This document shows positions 11,601-20,774 of a stretch of 39,911 nt of DNA, in pieces. The translations under genes were made by a program, and so were the position numbers. How positions within the stretch are numbered: the stretch's first letter is position 1; each line of letters starts with the position of its first letter. The DNA comes from an uncultured Muribaculaceae bacterium. Its GTDB lineage: Bacteria > Bacillota_I > Bacilli_A > RF39 > UBA660. The stretch spans positions 1-39,911 of the forward strand of contig CAYWED010000003.1 of NCBI GenBank assembly GCA_964457135.1, written 5' to 3'. Below the pieces are notes generated by a model. It did not search any database. It was not told the origin of the DNA and worked only from the letters and a program-made list of their open reading frames with translations.

Positions 11601-11799
11601 GCAAACTAAGTCTGTAGAAGTAGTAAAACTAATTTGTAAAGGTACAATTGAAGAAAGAATACTAGAACTACAAAATAAGAAAAAAATATTAAGTGACGCA
11701 CTTATTGAAGGAGAAGGAAGAGACCAAAATATCATATCTAAATTAAGCGAAGAAGACATTAAAAATTTATTTTCTCTTGATAATGAGGACGAAGAATAA
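8635..11799 (+). CDS. SNF2-family helicase with N-terminal SWIM zinc finger
   Basis: CDC...CKH SWIM motif; LADEMGLGKS, DEAQNIKN, LTGTPLEN, GLNLT, WWNP...QATDRAHRIGQ. Confidence 0.93.
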   Translation: MNLNENEIRKLVGDLAYIRGKSYDIDSIEYVDVTNIGTMKYYEFKVKSQSYYDSYEVYVIERNGKITGGTCDCMAYDASGTCKHIAACMQNFNDLVFYNTPEEKGLKVSRNILKEFYDENKSKEIKLKKQLNLEITLEFSNSYYSAVTPKMKIGEDKLYNLNNKLNAFLDIYKEENDELYFGKNFTYNPAIHFFSKTDENFINYLMTVKQNNPYYNMNNFTLTLDQSISLINNLKGKDFYIGNTLIRNIKEENPIKMKLNKDGELYKLEIIDNGALVLDKEYKYVVLDDTLYIMPKKQSNILNLMAKSKINELTFKEEDLESFTQGLLPIVKNNVEVSPSLENKITIGKKPDVQLYIDLKNDLILCTIKLIYNNVTIDYFEKTPNILRDTETEEEVVSTLLQYGFTINNNQIYIEDMDIIGEFLETNITELATIYEVFTSNKIKETRILKDNSVRSTFSIGTDNILKYEFDLGDIRNDEISNILDSLNSKKKYYKLKNGNIINLNESEDLKELDDLITDMELSKKDIKEGTGIIPKYRAIYLDSIKKEKYHIIKTNNLFDELINNFTSYKDAKVGLTKKDKEILRDYQVTGVKWLYNIYKCGFGGILADEMGLGKSIQLIYFIKEILKENKNARILIVAPTSLIYNWQNEFDKFGPELNYKVFAENKNLRKLELENNESNILITTYGLVRQDKKIYEKMNFELIAIDEAQNIKNPNAEMTKVVKSLKANTKIALTGTPLENSVIELWSIFDFIMPGYLANKESFGRKYNIHEVDEKSLSSLSNLNSQIKPFILRRKKKDVVKDLPDKIENNIYVNLDPEQKKLYIAESNKTRKELDEIIENEGFKKGSFKILQLLTKLRQLCISPNIIYENYKGKSAKIEELINITKQMIENGHKILLFTSFKTALDLVNKEFTNHNISTYVIDGSVSSKKRMELVNNFNKNDTNVFLITLKSGGTGLNLTSADIVIHLDLWWNPQVENQATDRAHRIGQTKSVEVVKLICKGTIEERILELQNKKKILSDALIEGEGRDQNIISKLSEEDIKNLFSLDNEDEE

Positions 11800-11889
11800 A
11801 AGAAAAGATTCTTACTACGAAAATTGTAAGAATTTTTTTCTATACTAAAATAAAGATATAGTTTATAATAATATCTCGGAGGAATTTTT

Positions 11890-12966
11890 ATGACGTATTT
11901 TGAAATTATAAAAAATATGCTACTATTTTTAAAAAAAGAAAAAGTAGATGAAAACTTAACTGAAACTTTTTTAGAAGGTCTTAATAATGAACAAATACAA
12001 AAAGAAATTGCTGAAAGATATAGATACATTATGTTTTATTATTTACATAGTAAATTACTTTTATCAAGTGATTATGAAGTTATATATCAATTCTTAGAAA
12101 AACAGTTAACAGTTGAAACGGAAAGCCTATTTAAAACTATGGGAAAAGTATATGAAGAAGTAGAAAAAAACTTTCAATCAAAGATAGATATTGTATCACT
12201 AGATGAAATAATAAGTGAAAATGGACAATTTGATGGTAGTTCAAAAATTATAGGCGATGCGCTAAGATGTGAGTACATAAGTGAAATAGCCGACGGCTTA
12301 AAAAATATAAGTTCTTATGATTTAGAAGTGATAATAACACCTTTAGAAAACGTCGTGCGTTTTGTTACTCCTTTCTTACATTATTTATTTTTTACAAACA
12401 AAGGCTACGAATATATACCTAAAAAATTTCAAATAAGTGATGAAATATTAAGAAAGAAATGCTTTGACTATCTTGAAAATGTAATATATGAATATTATTG
12501 TGATAGAGAAGTAGAAGTAAATTATGTTGGATTATTTTTGACTATCATAAAAAATATAGAAATTGTATTTTCATTAATAAAAGCAAACGAAATAGAAAAA
12601 TTAAAAAGGCTAATTGAGATAGATTATAATTTATTAAATGAAATACCACAAACAGAGTTTTATTATCATTCATTTACAAGTTTATTATTTAACACTGAAA
12701 AAGAAAATGAATTTAATATAGAAGAATATTTATCTGAAAATATGTCATTAAACTATTTAGATATATTTTTAGATAAGAATTCAATATTAAGTAATCTAAC
12801 TACAGAAGAAATAGGAATTGTATTATTAGGATACTTTAAAAGAAAAGATAAAACTAAGGCTTTAACAAATTTAGAGGCTAGACTTCCTTTAATAATGGAA
12901 ATAATAAAAAACACTGAAGATAGTAAAATGAAAAGAGTGAAAATTTATAAATCAGCGTGGCAATAA
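11890..12966 (+). CDS. Hypothetical protein (358 aa)
   Basis: Long ORF with RBS GGAGG at 11878-11882; no recognisable motif. Confidence 0.7.
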   Translation: MTYFEIIKNMLLFLKKEKVDENLTETFLEGLNNEQIQKEIAERYRYIMFYYLHSKLLLSSDYEVIYQFLEKQLTVETESLFKTMGKVYEEVEKNFQSKIDIVSLDEIISENGQFDGSSKIIGDALRCEYISEIADGLKNISSYDLEVIITPLENVVRFVTPFLHYLFFTNKGYEYIPKKFQISDEILRKKCFDYLENVIYEYYCDREVEVNYVGLFLTIIKNIEIVFSLIKANEIEKLKRLIEIDYNLLNEIPQTEFYYHSFTSLLFNTEKENEFNIEEYLSENMSLNYLDIFLDKNSILSNLTTEEIGIVLLGYFKRKDKTKALTNLEARLPLIMEIIKNTEDSKMKRVKIYKSAWQ

Positions 12967-13145
12967 TATAAACTTTTGTAGTCTAAAATAAAAAATCTTT
13001 AATGAACAAAATTAATAATTGAACATACGATATTAATTTTTATAACATGATTTGGATAAAGTTTTACTACATTTAACTAAATAATTTTTAAAATTGTACC
13101 TGCAAAATTGAATTTCCTTGTATCATATATTGCTACAAAGATATA

Positions 13146-13174
13146 TAGACAAACTAATTATAATATGCTATGTT
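13146..13174 (+). promoter_or_regulatory. Promoter of putative type I toxin mRNA
   Basis: TAGACA, 17 nt spacer, TG-n-TATGTT; predicted start ~13181 coincides with the start of the fold-back arm. Confidence 0.55.
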
Positions 13175-13270
13175 CTTATTAAGGGAACGATTTAGTACCT
13201 GGATGTCTACCCACACTTCAGTCTTAAACTACATGATGAAAATATAAACAAATGGAGGTGTAGGTTTAAC

Positions 13271-13381
13271 ATGAACATAAAGACTTTCATCTTAGTGTTG
13301 CTCCACTACGTTTGTGTTATTTTAGTACTCATTATTACCTGTGAAGTAGTAATGATATTTAAAAAAAATCGACATCACTGA
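13271..13381 (+). CDS. Putative type I toxin, 36-aa membrane peptide
   Basis: RBS GGAGGTG (13254-13260); MNIKTFILVLLHYVCVILVLIITCEVVMIFKKNRHH*, one hydrophobic helix plus basic tail; convergent antisense RNA; homologous module at 39646-39911. Confidence 0.7.
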   Translation: MNIKTFILVLLHYVCVILVLIITCEVVMIFKKNRHH

Positions 13382-13462
13382 AAGGTAATGTCTATCAAAC
13401 AACGGTAGGCATTCAGCAATGCTAAACGCTCCCTTTAATATTATATGGAATTTCTTCCATGC
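13361..13462 (-). ncRNA. Putative type I antitoxin sRNA (copy 1), ~100 nt
   Basis: Minus-strand promoter TTGAAA(13497-13492)-17-TACAAT(13474-13469); 5' hairpin ATGGAA/TTCCAT; terminator GACATTAC/GTGATGTC+T8 overlapping the toxin stop. Confidence 0.7.
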
Positions 13463-13648
13463 AAATACATTGTACCAAATAATCTATATATTTTCAAGAA
13501 ATTTTAAAATAATGCCAATTAAAATTATGATATCCGAAATGACATAAAATTTAAATTTGGATATCCGAAATTAAAATGTACCCATTACACACCTTATATA
13601 GTACAATATTTTTGTTCAGAAAATTTAGACTAAAGGAGGTATGTGTAT

Positions 13649-14140
13649 ATGGGTCGTAATTATTCTAACAAAAATTTATCTAATTTGGAACTAGGTAATA
13701 TTGAATTTTATTTAAATGAAGGAAAGGGTTATAGTGAAATTGGTAGACTACTAGATAAAGATGAAAGTACTATACGTAAGGAAGTAAAAAAGTATTCTTC
13801 TTACTTTGGTAGTCATAGAAAATGCTCGAACTGTCTTAACAAAGATAATTGTCACGAGAAATATTTATGTGAAAGAATAGTAGACAAAATAAGGTGTTCC
13901 CAATGTAAATATTGTACTCATACAGTCAAGATTTGTCCCAACTATAAGGTTAATATTGACTGTGAATTACTTAAGAAAAATCATCATGTTTGTAATGGGT
14001 GTGAATTATATCTTAAGTGTAGTAAAGTCAAAATTAAATATCATGCTCAAACTGCTATTAAGATGCATGATGCTGTTCAAAGAGTATCTAGGATTGATAT
14101 TAAACTTGATAAATTTCCAGATGAATTTAAAGATTATATA
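13649..14140 (+). mobile_element. Truncated IS30-family transposase (HTH plus Cys-rich region, no DDE domain)
   Basis: NLS..E...IE..LNEG.GYSEIGRLLDKDESTIRKEVKK HTH followed by multiple CxxC; RBS AAGGAGG; GATATCCGAAAT direct repeats upstream (13529, 13560). Confidence 0.7.
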
Positions 14141-14822
14141 TCAGAAGAAAAAACTAATTTTTTAGATAGAAAAGAATTTAGTGGCTCTTTATTAGAAATA
14201 TATGATAAAGTTTTAGATTATTTTAAGTTAAATTCTGCTACATATGGATTAATTAAAAAATAGTGTTAGGGAAGATATTGAAGAGTATCCTGAATTTATA
14301 CTTAGAGAGATTACATTAAATTCTATAATACATAGAGATTATTCAACTATGACTTCGAATATTGTAAATATATATAAAAATGAAGGAATTGAGTTTATAA
14401 ATTATGGTTCTTTATATGGAAATATAACAATAGAAGATGCTTTAGCAGGTTTATCGACTTCAAGGAATCCATATTTACAATCTATATTTATGAGATTAAA
14501 GAGAGTAGAGGCAATAGGCAGTGGTCTTAAGAGAGTTAATTCTTATTATGTAAGTAGAAATCTTTCTATGAATATTAATGTATTGCCTGCGTCTTTTGTA
14601 GTTAAACTTCCTAGAATAAATGAAGTTAATAATTCAAAAGTTTCTGATAATGAATTAATTATGGAACATATTAATGAATTTGGGACTATAACAAGAAGTG
14701 AAGCACAAGAAATTATTGGTAAATGGAAAACTACAACTGCTAGTATATTAAATGAAATGGTTAATAAAAATAGAATAAAAGTAATAGGAAATGGGCCTAG
14801 CATTAGATATATTAAAAGATAA
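14141..14822 (+). pseudogene. 3' part of Schlafen/AlbA_2-RecG-like (HATPase_c_4 plus wHTH) gene, fused to the IS30 fragment, frameshifted at A6 14255-14260
   Basis: FLDRKEFSGSLL, then after the shift REDIEEYPEFILREITLNSIIHRDY, SRNPYL, VEAIGSG, ITRSE...L..MV....I...GNGPSIRY. Confidence 0.75.
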
Positions 14823-14828
14823 TTAACA

Positions 14829-14916
14829 AAAGTTACCATAGTATATATTGGTAGCTTTTTTACACCAACAGTAAATTATATAGAATGTATCACTAGTAAA
14901 ATATTACTTATTGAAC
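14829..14916 (+). repeat. 88-bp repeat copy A (dif-like/terminator hairpin plus tail)
   Basis: 87/88 identical to the reverse complement of 34350-34437. Confidence 0.95.
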
Positions 14917-14920
14917 AATA

Positions 14921-15089
14921 ATATATAGTGTATGTGAAAATATAGATAAGAGTATGAAAGATTTAAAAAAAACGTGAATATAAATGTAAATATTGTAATA
15001 GTAAAATAGATAGAGACCAAAATGCAAGTATAAACATAATGATAGAAGAAATATTTTATTATATGAGAAACAAATTAATGTCAGTGTAA
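14921..15089 (+). pseudogene. tnpB: C-terminal remnant of IS200/IS605/IS607 TnpB
   Basis: IYSVCENIDKSMKDLKK, +1 shift in A8 at 14965-14972, then REYKCKYCNSKIDRDQNASINIM: zinc ribbon and RuvC-III DRDxNAxxNI motif. Confidence 0.85.
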
Positions 15090-15118
15090 AAGCTGATTAA
15101 AATAGATAAAAATAAAAT

Positions 15119-15222
15119 ATGTACCCTAGCGACTAGGAAATGTTAAGCCAGCGCTCGAAGGTAGGTAACGAGCTCTTAGAAGCAGGAAACCAAACTTGTA
15201 AGGTTTTGGAGTGAACCCGCAT
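15119..15222 (+). ncRNA. TnpB omegaRNA/reRNA scaffold (transposon right end)
   Basis: GC-richer island after tnpB with GTACC...GGAAA..TTAAGCC and GAAGCAGGAA; hairpins CCTAG/CTAGG, GCTCG/CGAGC, CCAAAC/GTTTTGG. Confidence 0.65.
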
Positions 15223-15483
15223 TAGCTTTAATTTACTTTTGTTCTATTGAATTAATAAACATTTATTAGGAAATTTATTAGGAAATATGCTAGGAATAAC
15301 TTTGAATATATAGTACAATGTTATTAGTAAAAATTGGAGGTATAAATGTTAGATGTAATTGAAGATAATATGATGCATTTTCTAAGCAATATAATGATTT
15401 AAATAATAACTAATCGCAAAAAGATTTAAATGAACTGTGAGTAGTATTTTGTGTATATGCAGATGATGTAAATTATTTGGAAG

Positions 15484-15514
15484 AAGTTACCATAGAATAT
15501 ATTGGTAGCTTTTT
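15484..15514 (+). repeat. Third, short copy of the dif-like/terminator hairpin
   Basis: AAGTTACCATAGAATATATTGGTAGCTTTTT, one mismatch to copy A. Confidence 0.9.
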
Positions 15515-15552
15515 CTTTTTGTCTTTGGTTAATATAATAGTGAGGTGTAGTT

Positions 15553-16527
15553 ATGAAAAAATTTATGGTGGCATTAGTCATGTGTATAATCACACCTATA
15601 AGTATGCTAGCCTATGCTGAGAATGTTATACCTGGAGGAGAAAATATAGGTATTCAAATTGAATCTAAAGGTCTAGTTGTAGTAGGTTTCTATAAAGTAG
15701 GTGGAAAGTATATAGGTAATGAAAATTTACAAGTGGGAGATACTATACTTGAAATCGAAGGAATACCAATAAGTACTATTAATGAGATGAGTCAAGTTAT
15801 TGATGAGAATATAACTAATAATGAGGTTAATATTAAAGTTATAAGGAATAATAAAGAACTTGATACAAAATTATCTTTAATTATGGAAGATAATATTTAT
15901 AAGACAGGTCTTTATGTTAAAGAGAAAGTTACTGGAATTGGTACTATAACTTATATAGACCCTATAAGTAAAATTTATGGTGCTTTAGGGCATGAAATTA
16001 TGATGAGTGAATCTCAAAATAGGGTTGAAGTAAAGAACGGTAGTATATTTACAAGTTATGTTAATGGAATAGACAGAAGTGCTAATGGTACTGTTGGTAG
16101 TAAAAATGCTACAATAACTTATAATGAAAAAATTGGTACTATTGTTAAAAATACTCCAACTGGTATATTTGGTACTTATGATGTTATTTTGCCTAGAAAA
16201 AAAACTCTTCCTGTAGCCAAATGGGATGATATTAAATTAGGTAGTGCTACAATTTACACAATAACTGAAGGTGAAAAGATAAGTGAATACGAAATAGAAA
16301 TAACAGCTTTAAATAAAAAAGTTATTGATACTAATAAATCTATTTCATTTAAGGTAACAGACAAAGATTTGTTAGAGACTAGTGGTGGTATTGTACAAGG
16401 CATGAGTGGAAGCCCAATAGTCCAAAATGGAAAGATAATAGGCGCTGTGACACATGTACTTGTTGATGATGTGACAAACGGATATGCTGTGTTTATAAGA
16501 ACCATGTTAGAAGAGGGAGAAAGATAA
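15553..16527 (+). CDS. spoIVB: SpoIVB serine peptidase (S55, PDZ)
   Basis: VIPGGENIGI, PDZ, GIGTITY..P....YGALGH, GGIVQGMSGSPIVQNGKIIGAVTHVLV. Confidence 0.95.
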   Translation: MKKFMVALVMCIITPISMLAYAENVIPGGENIGIQIESKGLVVVGFYKVGGKYIGNENLQVGDTILEIEGIPISTINEMSQVIDENITNNEVNIKVIRNNKELDTKLSLIMEDNIYKTGLYVKEKVTGIGTITYIDPISKIYGALGHEIMMSESQNRVEVKNGSIFTSYVNGIDRSANGTVGSKNATITYNEKIGTIVKNTPTGIFGTYDVILPRKKTLPVAKWDDIKLGSATIYTITEGEKISEYEIEITALNKKVIDTNKSISFKVTDKDLLETSGGIVQGMSGSPIVQNGKIIGAVTHVLVDDVTNGYAVFIRTMLEEGER

Positions 16528-16580
16528 TTCTTCTCTTTCTTTTTCTTTTGTGTTAGAATATGCTTAAAGGATGTGGTTTT

Positions 16581-18698
16581 GTGAAGAATAGAACTTTAAT
16601 AGAATTGATTAAAGATTTAAAAGGACTTGTAGATTTAAAAGATAAAGATGAAATTAAAATACTTTTATCTATTCCTAATAATGTAGTACATTTAATGTTG
16701 AATTTTAAAGATAATAATTTTAATAAAGAGATTTTATCAATTTATAGAAGTAGTAATGATTTTCTTAATGAAGATATATACGATTTTGTTTTGTCAAAGT
16801 TAAATAATACTAAAAATATGAATAAAGAAACATTAATAGCACTAATAGGGTTAATGAAAAATGAGAATTTTCAGAAATCTAGAGTATATAAAGCTGTAGT
16901 TAATTATGCTATAAAATTTAATGATGTAAGATTTATGTCTAATTTGAAATTGTTATTAGATGAACCTGTTTTGCTCAATTCACCTTATTATGATTTTGTA
17001 CTTAGCGAACTTATGAATATTAATGAACATAATTTTTATTATATTACTTTGAGAAAAATAATCTTAAATGAAAAATTAATTAATAGTGAAGTTTATACTG
17101 ATGTGATTTCTCTTTGTATGAATAAAGAAAATGAATATCTTATTGAATTACATAAAAGGATTGAAAATCCTTTGTTTAAAGAAATGATAAGACATCCATT
17201 ATTTAAAACGCTTACTACTAAATTAGATATTAGTGCATTTTATAAAGTAACAGTGATTAATGAACATAACTTAGCTTCTTCAAAGACTATGAAAAGTATA
17301 TATGCTGCTTTTAAAAGTTTTAGAGGAAAAGATACTATGGCAGGTTTTAGTTATTTAGTTTCTCCTGGACTTAATGGATTATTATCTAAAAATAAGCCAC
17401 AATATAAAGAAATAATTAATATATCTACAAGAATTAAAGATGATTATGTATTTGAATTATATAATAAAATAATTGATTATACTGATGTACTTGATAGCAA
17501 TTTATGGAAAAAAGTTTTGACTTGGGTAGCTAATGGTCAGAATGTTGAAAATATAGAATTATTTATAAATTTTCTAAAAAAGAATAATTCATTTTTTAAA
17601 AGTGTTGATAGTAGATTAATTGAAATTATTTTTGATAGTGTTGTTAGTCATGAAGACGTTGATTGGGTTGAACATTATTTAGAAGAAGTATCATCTTATG
17701 TTTATGATGGTGTTATTAATAGTGACTATAGGTATTTTAAGTTACTGCTTTCATATGTTAATAAGATTGAGGATTCGCGTATATTATATGAATATTTTGA
17801 TTTATTTTCATATGGTGAAGAACAAGGACTATATGGCAGAGTCATGAGAAATAGTTCATTTTTTAGAACTATGTTAGAAGATGCAGTTAGTATTAAATAC
17901 CCAAATAATTTTGGGGTTTATAAGAAAATTATAGAAAATGTAGATTTTCATGCTGAAGCTCAAGACGAGTTAGTTATTAGAATATCTAATATGTTTAAAA
18001 CACAGTCTTTACCTATTATGAATTCTTTCTTTAAAATTATTGATAGTAGTTTTGCTAAGGGAGAAAATTATTTTAGTATTGTGAATGCAGTTACAGAGGA
18101 AAACTTGGAGTATTTGCCATTATATAGTGATATTATTTCATATATTAGTTTTAATTTGATTTCTTTATCTAATTTAATTAATAATGTGAAAGAAATAGTT
18201 TTGCCATTATTTAAAATGACTAATAGAGAAAAATTAGAAAAAATAAAAAGATTTATTATTGATATAAGAAATAAGCAACATCATATTGATATTAAATCTT
18301 GTAAAAATAATCTTCCTGTTTTTAATGCTCAAAAGAGAGATGAGTTCTTAAATATGATTATAAATGAGAAAAATAAATATGCTTGTGAAATTTTTTATAG
18401 TTTAGATGTAAGTGGTTATAGCTTGAAATTTATTAATGAATTATGTGAAGTGTTACTAAGTGGCGTAGACAATAAAGATAGTTTAGGAAGTAGATTATCA
18501 ATGTTAGTTGATAGTGAAAAAATAAAGTTAGAATTTGAAAAGTTTAGTTTAGAATTTCTAAATAATTCTTCTAATATAGGAAATATAATTATTTCTAGAA
18601 AAGTAGAAGAAATATATTTAGAAGAATTAGGTAAACTTGAACCTCAAGAAGAAGCAACATATGAAGAATGTGTAAAAATTCTTGCTAGGATAAAGTAA
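16581..18698 (+). CDS. Hypothetical helical-repeat protein (paralog 1); likely GTG start at 16581
   Basis: N-terminus (M)KNRTLIELIK...DEIKILLSIPNN aligns with the next gene; AAAGGA upstream. Confidence 0.75.
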   Translation: MKNRTLIELIKDLKGLVDLKDKDEIKILLSIPNNVVHLMLNFKDNNFNKEILSIYRSSNDFLNEDIYDFVLSKLNNTKNMNKETLIALIGLMKNENFQKSRVYKAVVNYAIKFNDVRFMSNLKLLLDEPVLLNSPYYDFVLSELMNINEHNFYYITLRKIILNEKLINSEVYTDVISLCMNKENEYLIELHKRIENPLFKEMIRHPLFKTLTTKLDISAFYKVTVINEHNLASSKTMKSIYAAFKSFRGKDTMAGFSYLVSPGLNGLLSKNKPQYKEIINISTRIKDDYVFELYNKIIDYTDVLDSNLWKKVLTWVANGQNVENIELFINFLKKNNSFFKSVDSRLIEIIFDSVVSHEDVDWVEHYLEEVSSYVYDGVINSDYRYFKLLLSYVNKIEDSRILYEYFDLFSYGEEQGLYGRVMRNSSFFRTMLEDAVSIKYPNNFGVYKKIIENVDFHAEAQDELVIRISNMFKTQSLPIMNSFFKIIDSSFAKGENYFSIVNAVTEENLEYLPLYSDIISYISFNLISLSNLINNVKEIVLPLFKMTNREKLEKIKRFIIDIRNKQHHIDIKSCKNNLPVFNAQKRDEFLNMIINEKNKYACEIFYSLDVSGYSLKFINELCEVLLSGVDNKDSLGSRLSMLVDSEKIKLEFEKFSLEFLNNSSNIGNIIISRKVEEIYLEELGKLEPQEEATYEECVKILARIK

Positions 18699-18717
18699 AA
18701 ATTGGAGGTTTTAAAAT

Positions 18718-20694
18718 ATGAAAAATGGAATATTAATTGAATTAATAAAATTGAAACCTAGTATAATTGATTGGGAAAATCTAGATGAAGTCAACTTTCT
18801 TTTGTCTTTACCTAATAATTTATGTTCTAGAATAGTAAAAGATAGTGTAGATGAAAGAACTCAAATAATAAATTTACTTAAAAATAAAGAAGCATTTGGG
18901 CGTAAAGGAAATTATGAGTGTGTTTTAGATTGTATTAAAGCGGCAGGTAGTTATATTAACAATAAAAATATAATTGAAATATTAAAACTAGCTCAAGACA
19001 AAAATATTCAAGGAATGAAAAAAGACTTTTATAAATTAACTATTTCTATGTGTTGTTATGAAGATGTTAGAAATTTTAATTTTCTTAAGGATGTAGTAAC
19101 TCATGAATTATTTCCTAAGTATATAGATAAAAATAATACTTATAAAAGAAGCAGTTTATACTTGATGAGTTTACTAGCGTGTATGAATAGCGAACAAGCA
19201 ATTAGAATAATAACTAATCCTCATATAAAAAATATAAATGATTATAGCAGTTTAAATGTATTTATGGAATTATTAAATTATAAAACTATATATGAACTTC
19301 CAGAAGAAGATTTAGAAAAAATATTAGGGCTTTTTGATAAGAAATTAGAAATAGGTGAACATTCTCACTTAAATTCATTAGTGCATATATTAAATGATGA
19401 AAAATTTAAGAGTGATTTTAAATATAGAAGTGTTTTAAATCTTTTATCAAAAGTTTCTAAAAAAGAACAATTAAGTGCTTTTATGAATGCTACTGATTGG
19501 TTTGACTTTAGAAATTCTAAACATTACTACTTTATACTTTCACTTATAGTAAATACTCAATATGGATATGAGATTATTAATGATTTAATTAGATATTCTT
19601 ATGTTTTAAACTTAAAAGATTTTAGATGGTGTATGAGTCAAGTAGATTTTAGTAAACCTGTATTTGGTTTTTCTAAATATGCAAAATTAATTAGTTATAC
19701 AGGATTTAAATGTAAATATAATGGTGAAAAAAAGAGAAAAGAAGCAATAAAAGTTGTTTCTAAAAAACTAAATAGTGAAAAATATATTGATGAATTCATT
19801 TCATTTATTACAAATGAAAAAGTAATAGATAGTATTTATTATGAAGAATATATAAATACAGCATCTAAACTTGATTTTAGAAATATTTCTTTATATAGAT
19901 ATATAGTTGATAATATAGAAAAAGCTCATAATCATATTACACTTAGTGATGTTGAATTAATAAATAGTTTAGTATTAAAAGATATTAATAATGTGTTTAG
20001 TATAAGTTATATTTTTGATGTAGAGAAAATTACTCAAAGTGAGAGTTTTCAAAATATAATATTGACATTATTTAAAAAAACTTATCCAATTAGCAATTAT
20101 ATAGAAATTATAAATTCGCCTGTTTTAATAAATGAAGATAATTATATAGAATTAGTAAACAAAGTAATATCTATTAATGATGAAGAGTATATTAAATATA
20201 TAAGAGGACTTTCTAAAATGGAAAATCCATATAATAAATATATTTTATATGGTTTGAAAACTAAAAATGTAAATAAACTAAAAGCTTTATATGCTACTAT
20301 ATATATACATAGTAATTCTAATTCTTTAGATGATTTAGATTTTGTTGCTAATAATATTGTTAAGGATAGTCCAACACTAGCATATAAAGTGATGTATAGA
20401 TTATTTGAGTGTAATTGTTTAAAAGAAACAAAAGTTAATGCTATAATTATAGCTATACTTGCTAGAAATGTAACATCATTAAACAAATTTTGCTATTTAT
20501 TAGAAGAAACGGCTGGAGATGAGTATAAAGGGATTGTAGATAGAATCAAAATGGTTTTATTAAAAAAAGATTTGAACTATAATCAAGAACTTTCTTTAGT
20601 GCAAAATAAATATATTAGTTATTTAGAAAAGTGTAGAGCATTTGATGAAGTAGATACACAAAAATTTACAAGAATATTGAAAGTTAAGGCATAG
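18718..20694 (+). CDS. Hypothetical helical-repeat protein (paralog 2)
   Basis: RBS GGAGG; MKNGILIELIK...DEVNFLLSLPNN. Confidence 0.8.
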   Translation: MKNGILIELIKLKPSIIDWENLDEVNFLLSLPNNLCSRIVKDSVDERTQIINLLKNKEAFGRKGNYECVLDCIKAAGSYINNKNIIEILKLAQDKNIQGMKKDFYKLTISMCCYEDVRNFNFLKDVVTHELFPKYIDKNNTYKRSSLYLMSLLACMNSEQAIRIITNPHIKNINDYSSLNVFMELLNYKTIYELPEEDLEKILGLFDKKLEIGEHSHLNSLVHILNDEKFKSDFKYRSVLNLLSKVSKKEQLSAFMNATDWFDFRNSKHYYFILSLIVNTQYGYEIINDLIRYSYVLNLKDFRWCMSQVDFSKPVFGFSKYAKLISYTGFKCKYNGEKKRKEAIKVVSKKLNSEKYIDEFISFITNEKVIDSIYYEEYINTASKLDFRNISLYRYIVDNIEKAHNHITLSDVELINSLVLKDINNVFSISYIFDVEKITQSESFQNIILTLFKKTYPISNYIEIINSPVLINEDNYIELVNKVISINDEEYIKYIRGLSKMENPYNKYILYGLKTKNVNKLKALYATIYIHSNSNSLDDLDFVANNIVKDSPTLAYKVMYRLFECNCLKETKVNAIIIAILARNVTSLNKFCYLLEETAGDEYKGIVDRIKMVLLKKDLNYNQELSLVQNKYISYLEKCRAFDEVDTQKFTRILKVKA

Positions 20695-20774
20695 AAGCCT
20701 TTTTTCTTTACATAATTAGTTAATAAATCTAGAAATGACAAGTTATGTATTATATAATTAAATAGGTGGTAAGA

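Noticed and set aside
6107-14972. Programmed frameshifting at three A runs (6107-6113, 14255-14260, 14965-14972)
   Set aside because: All are +1 A in homopolymers without clear stimulatory signals; cannot be separated from slippage mutation or sequencing error without reads
15346-15402. 18-codon ORF MLDVIEDNMMHFLSNIMI with a GGAGG RBS
   Set aside because: Too short to assign; probably a decayed gene start, counted only as debris before the third repeat
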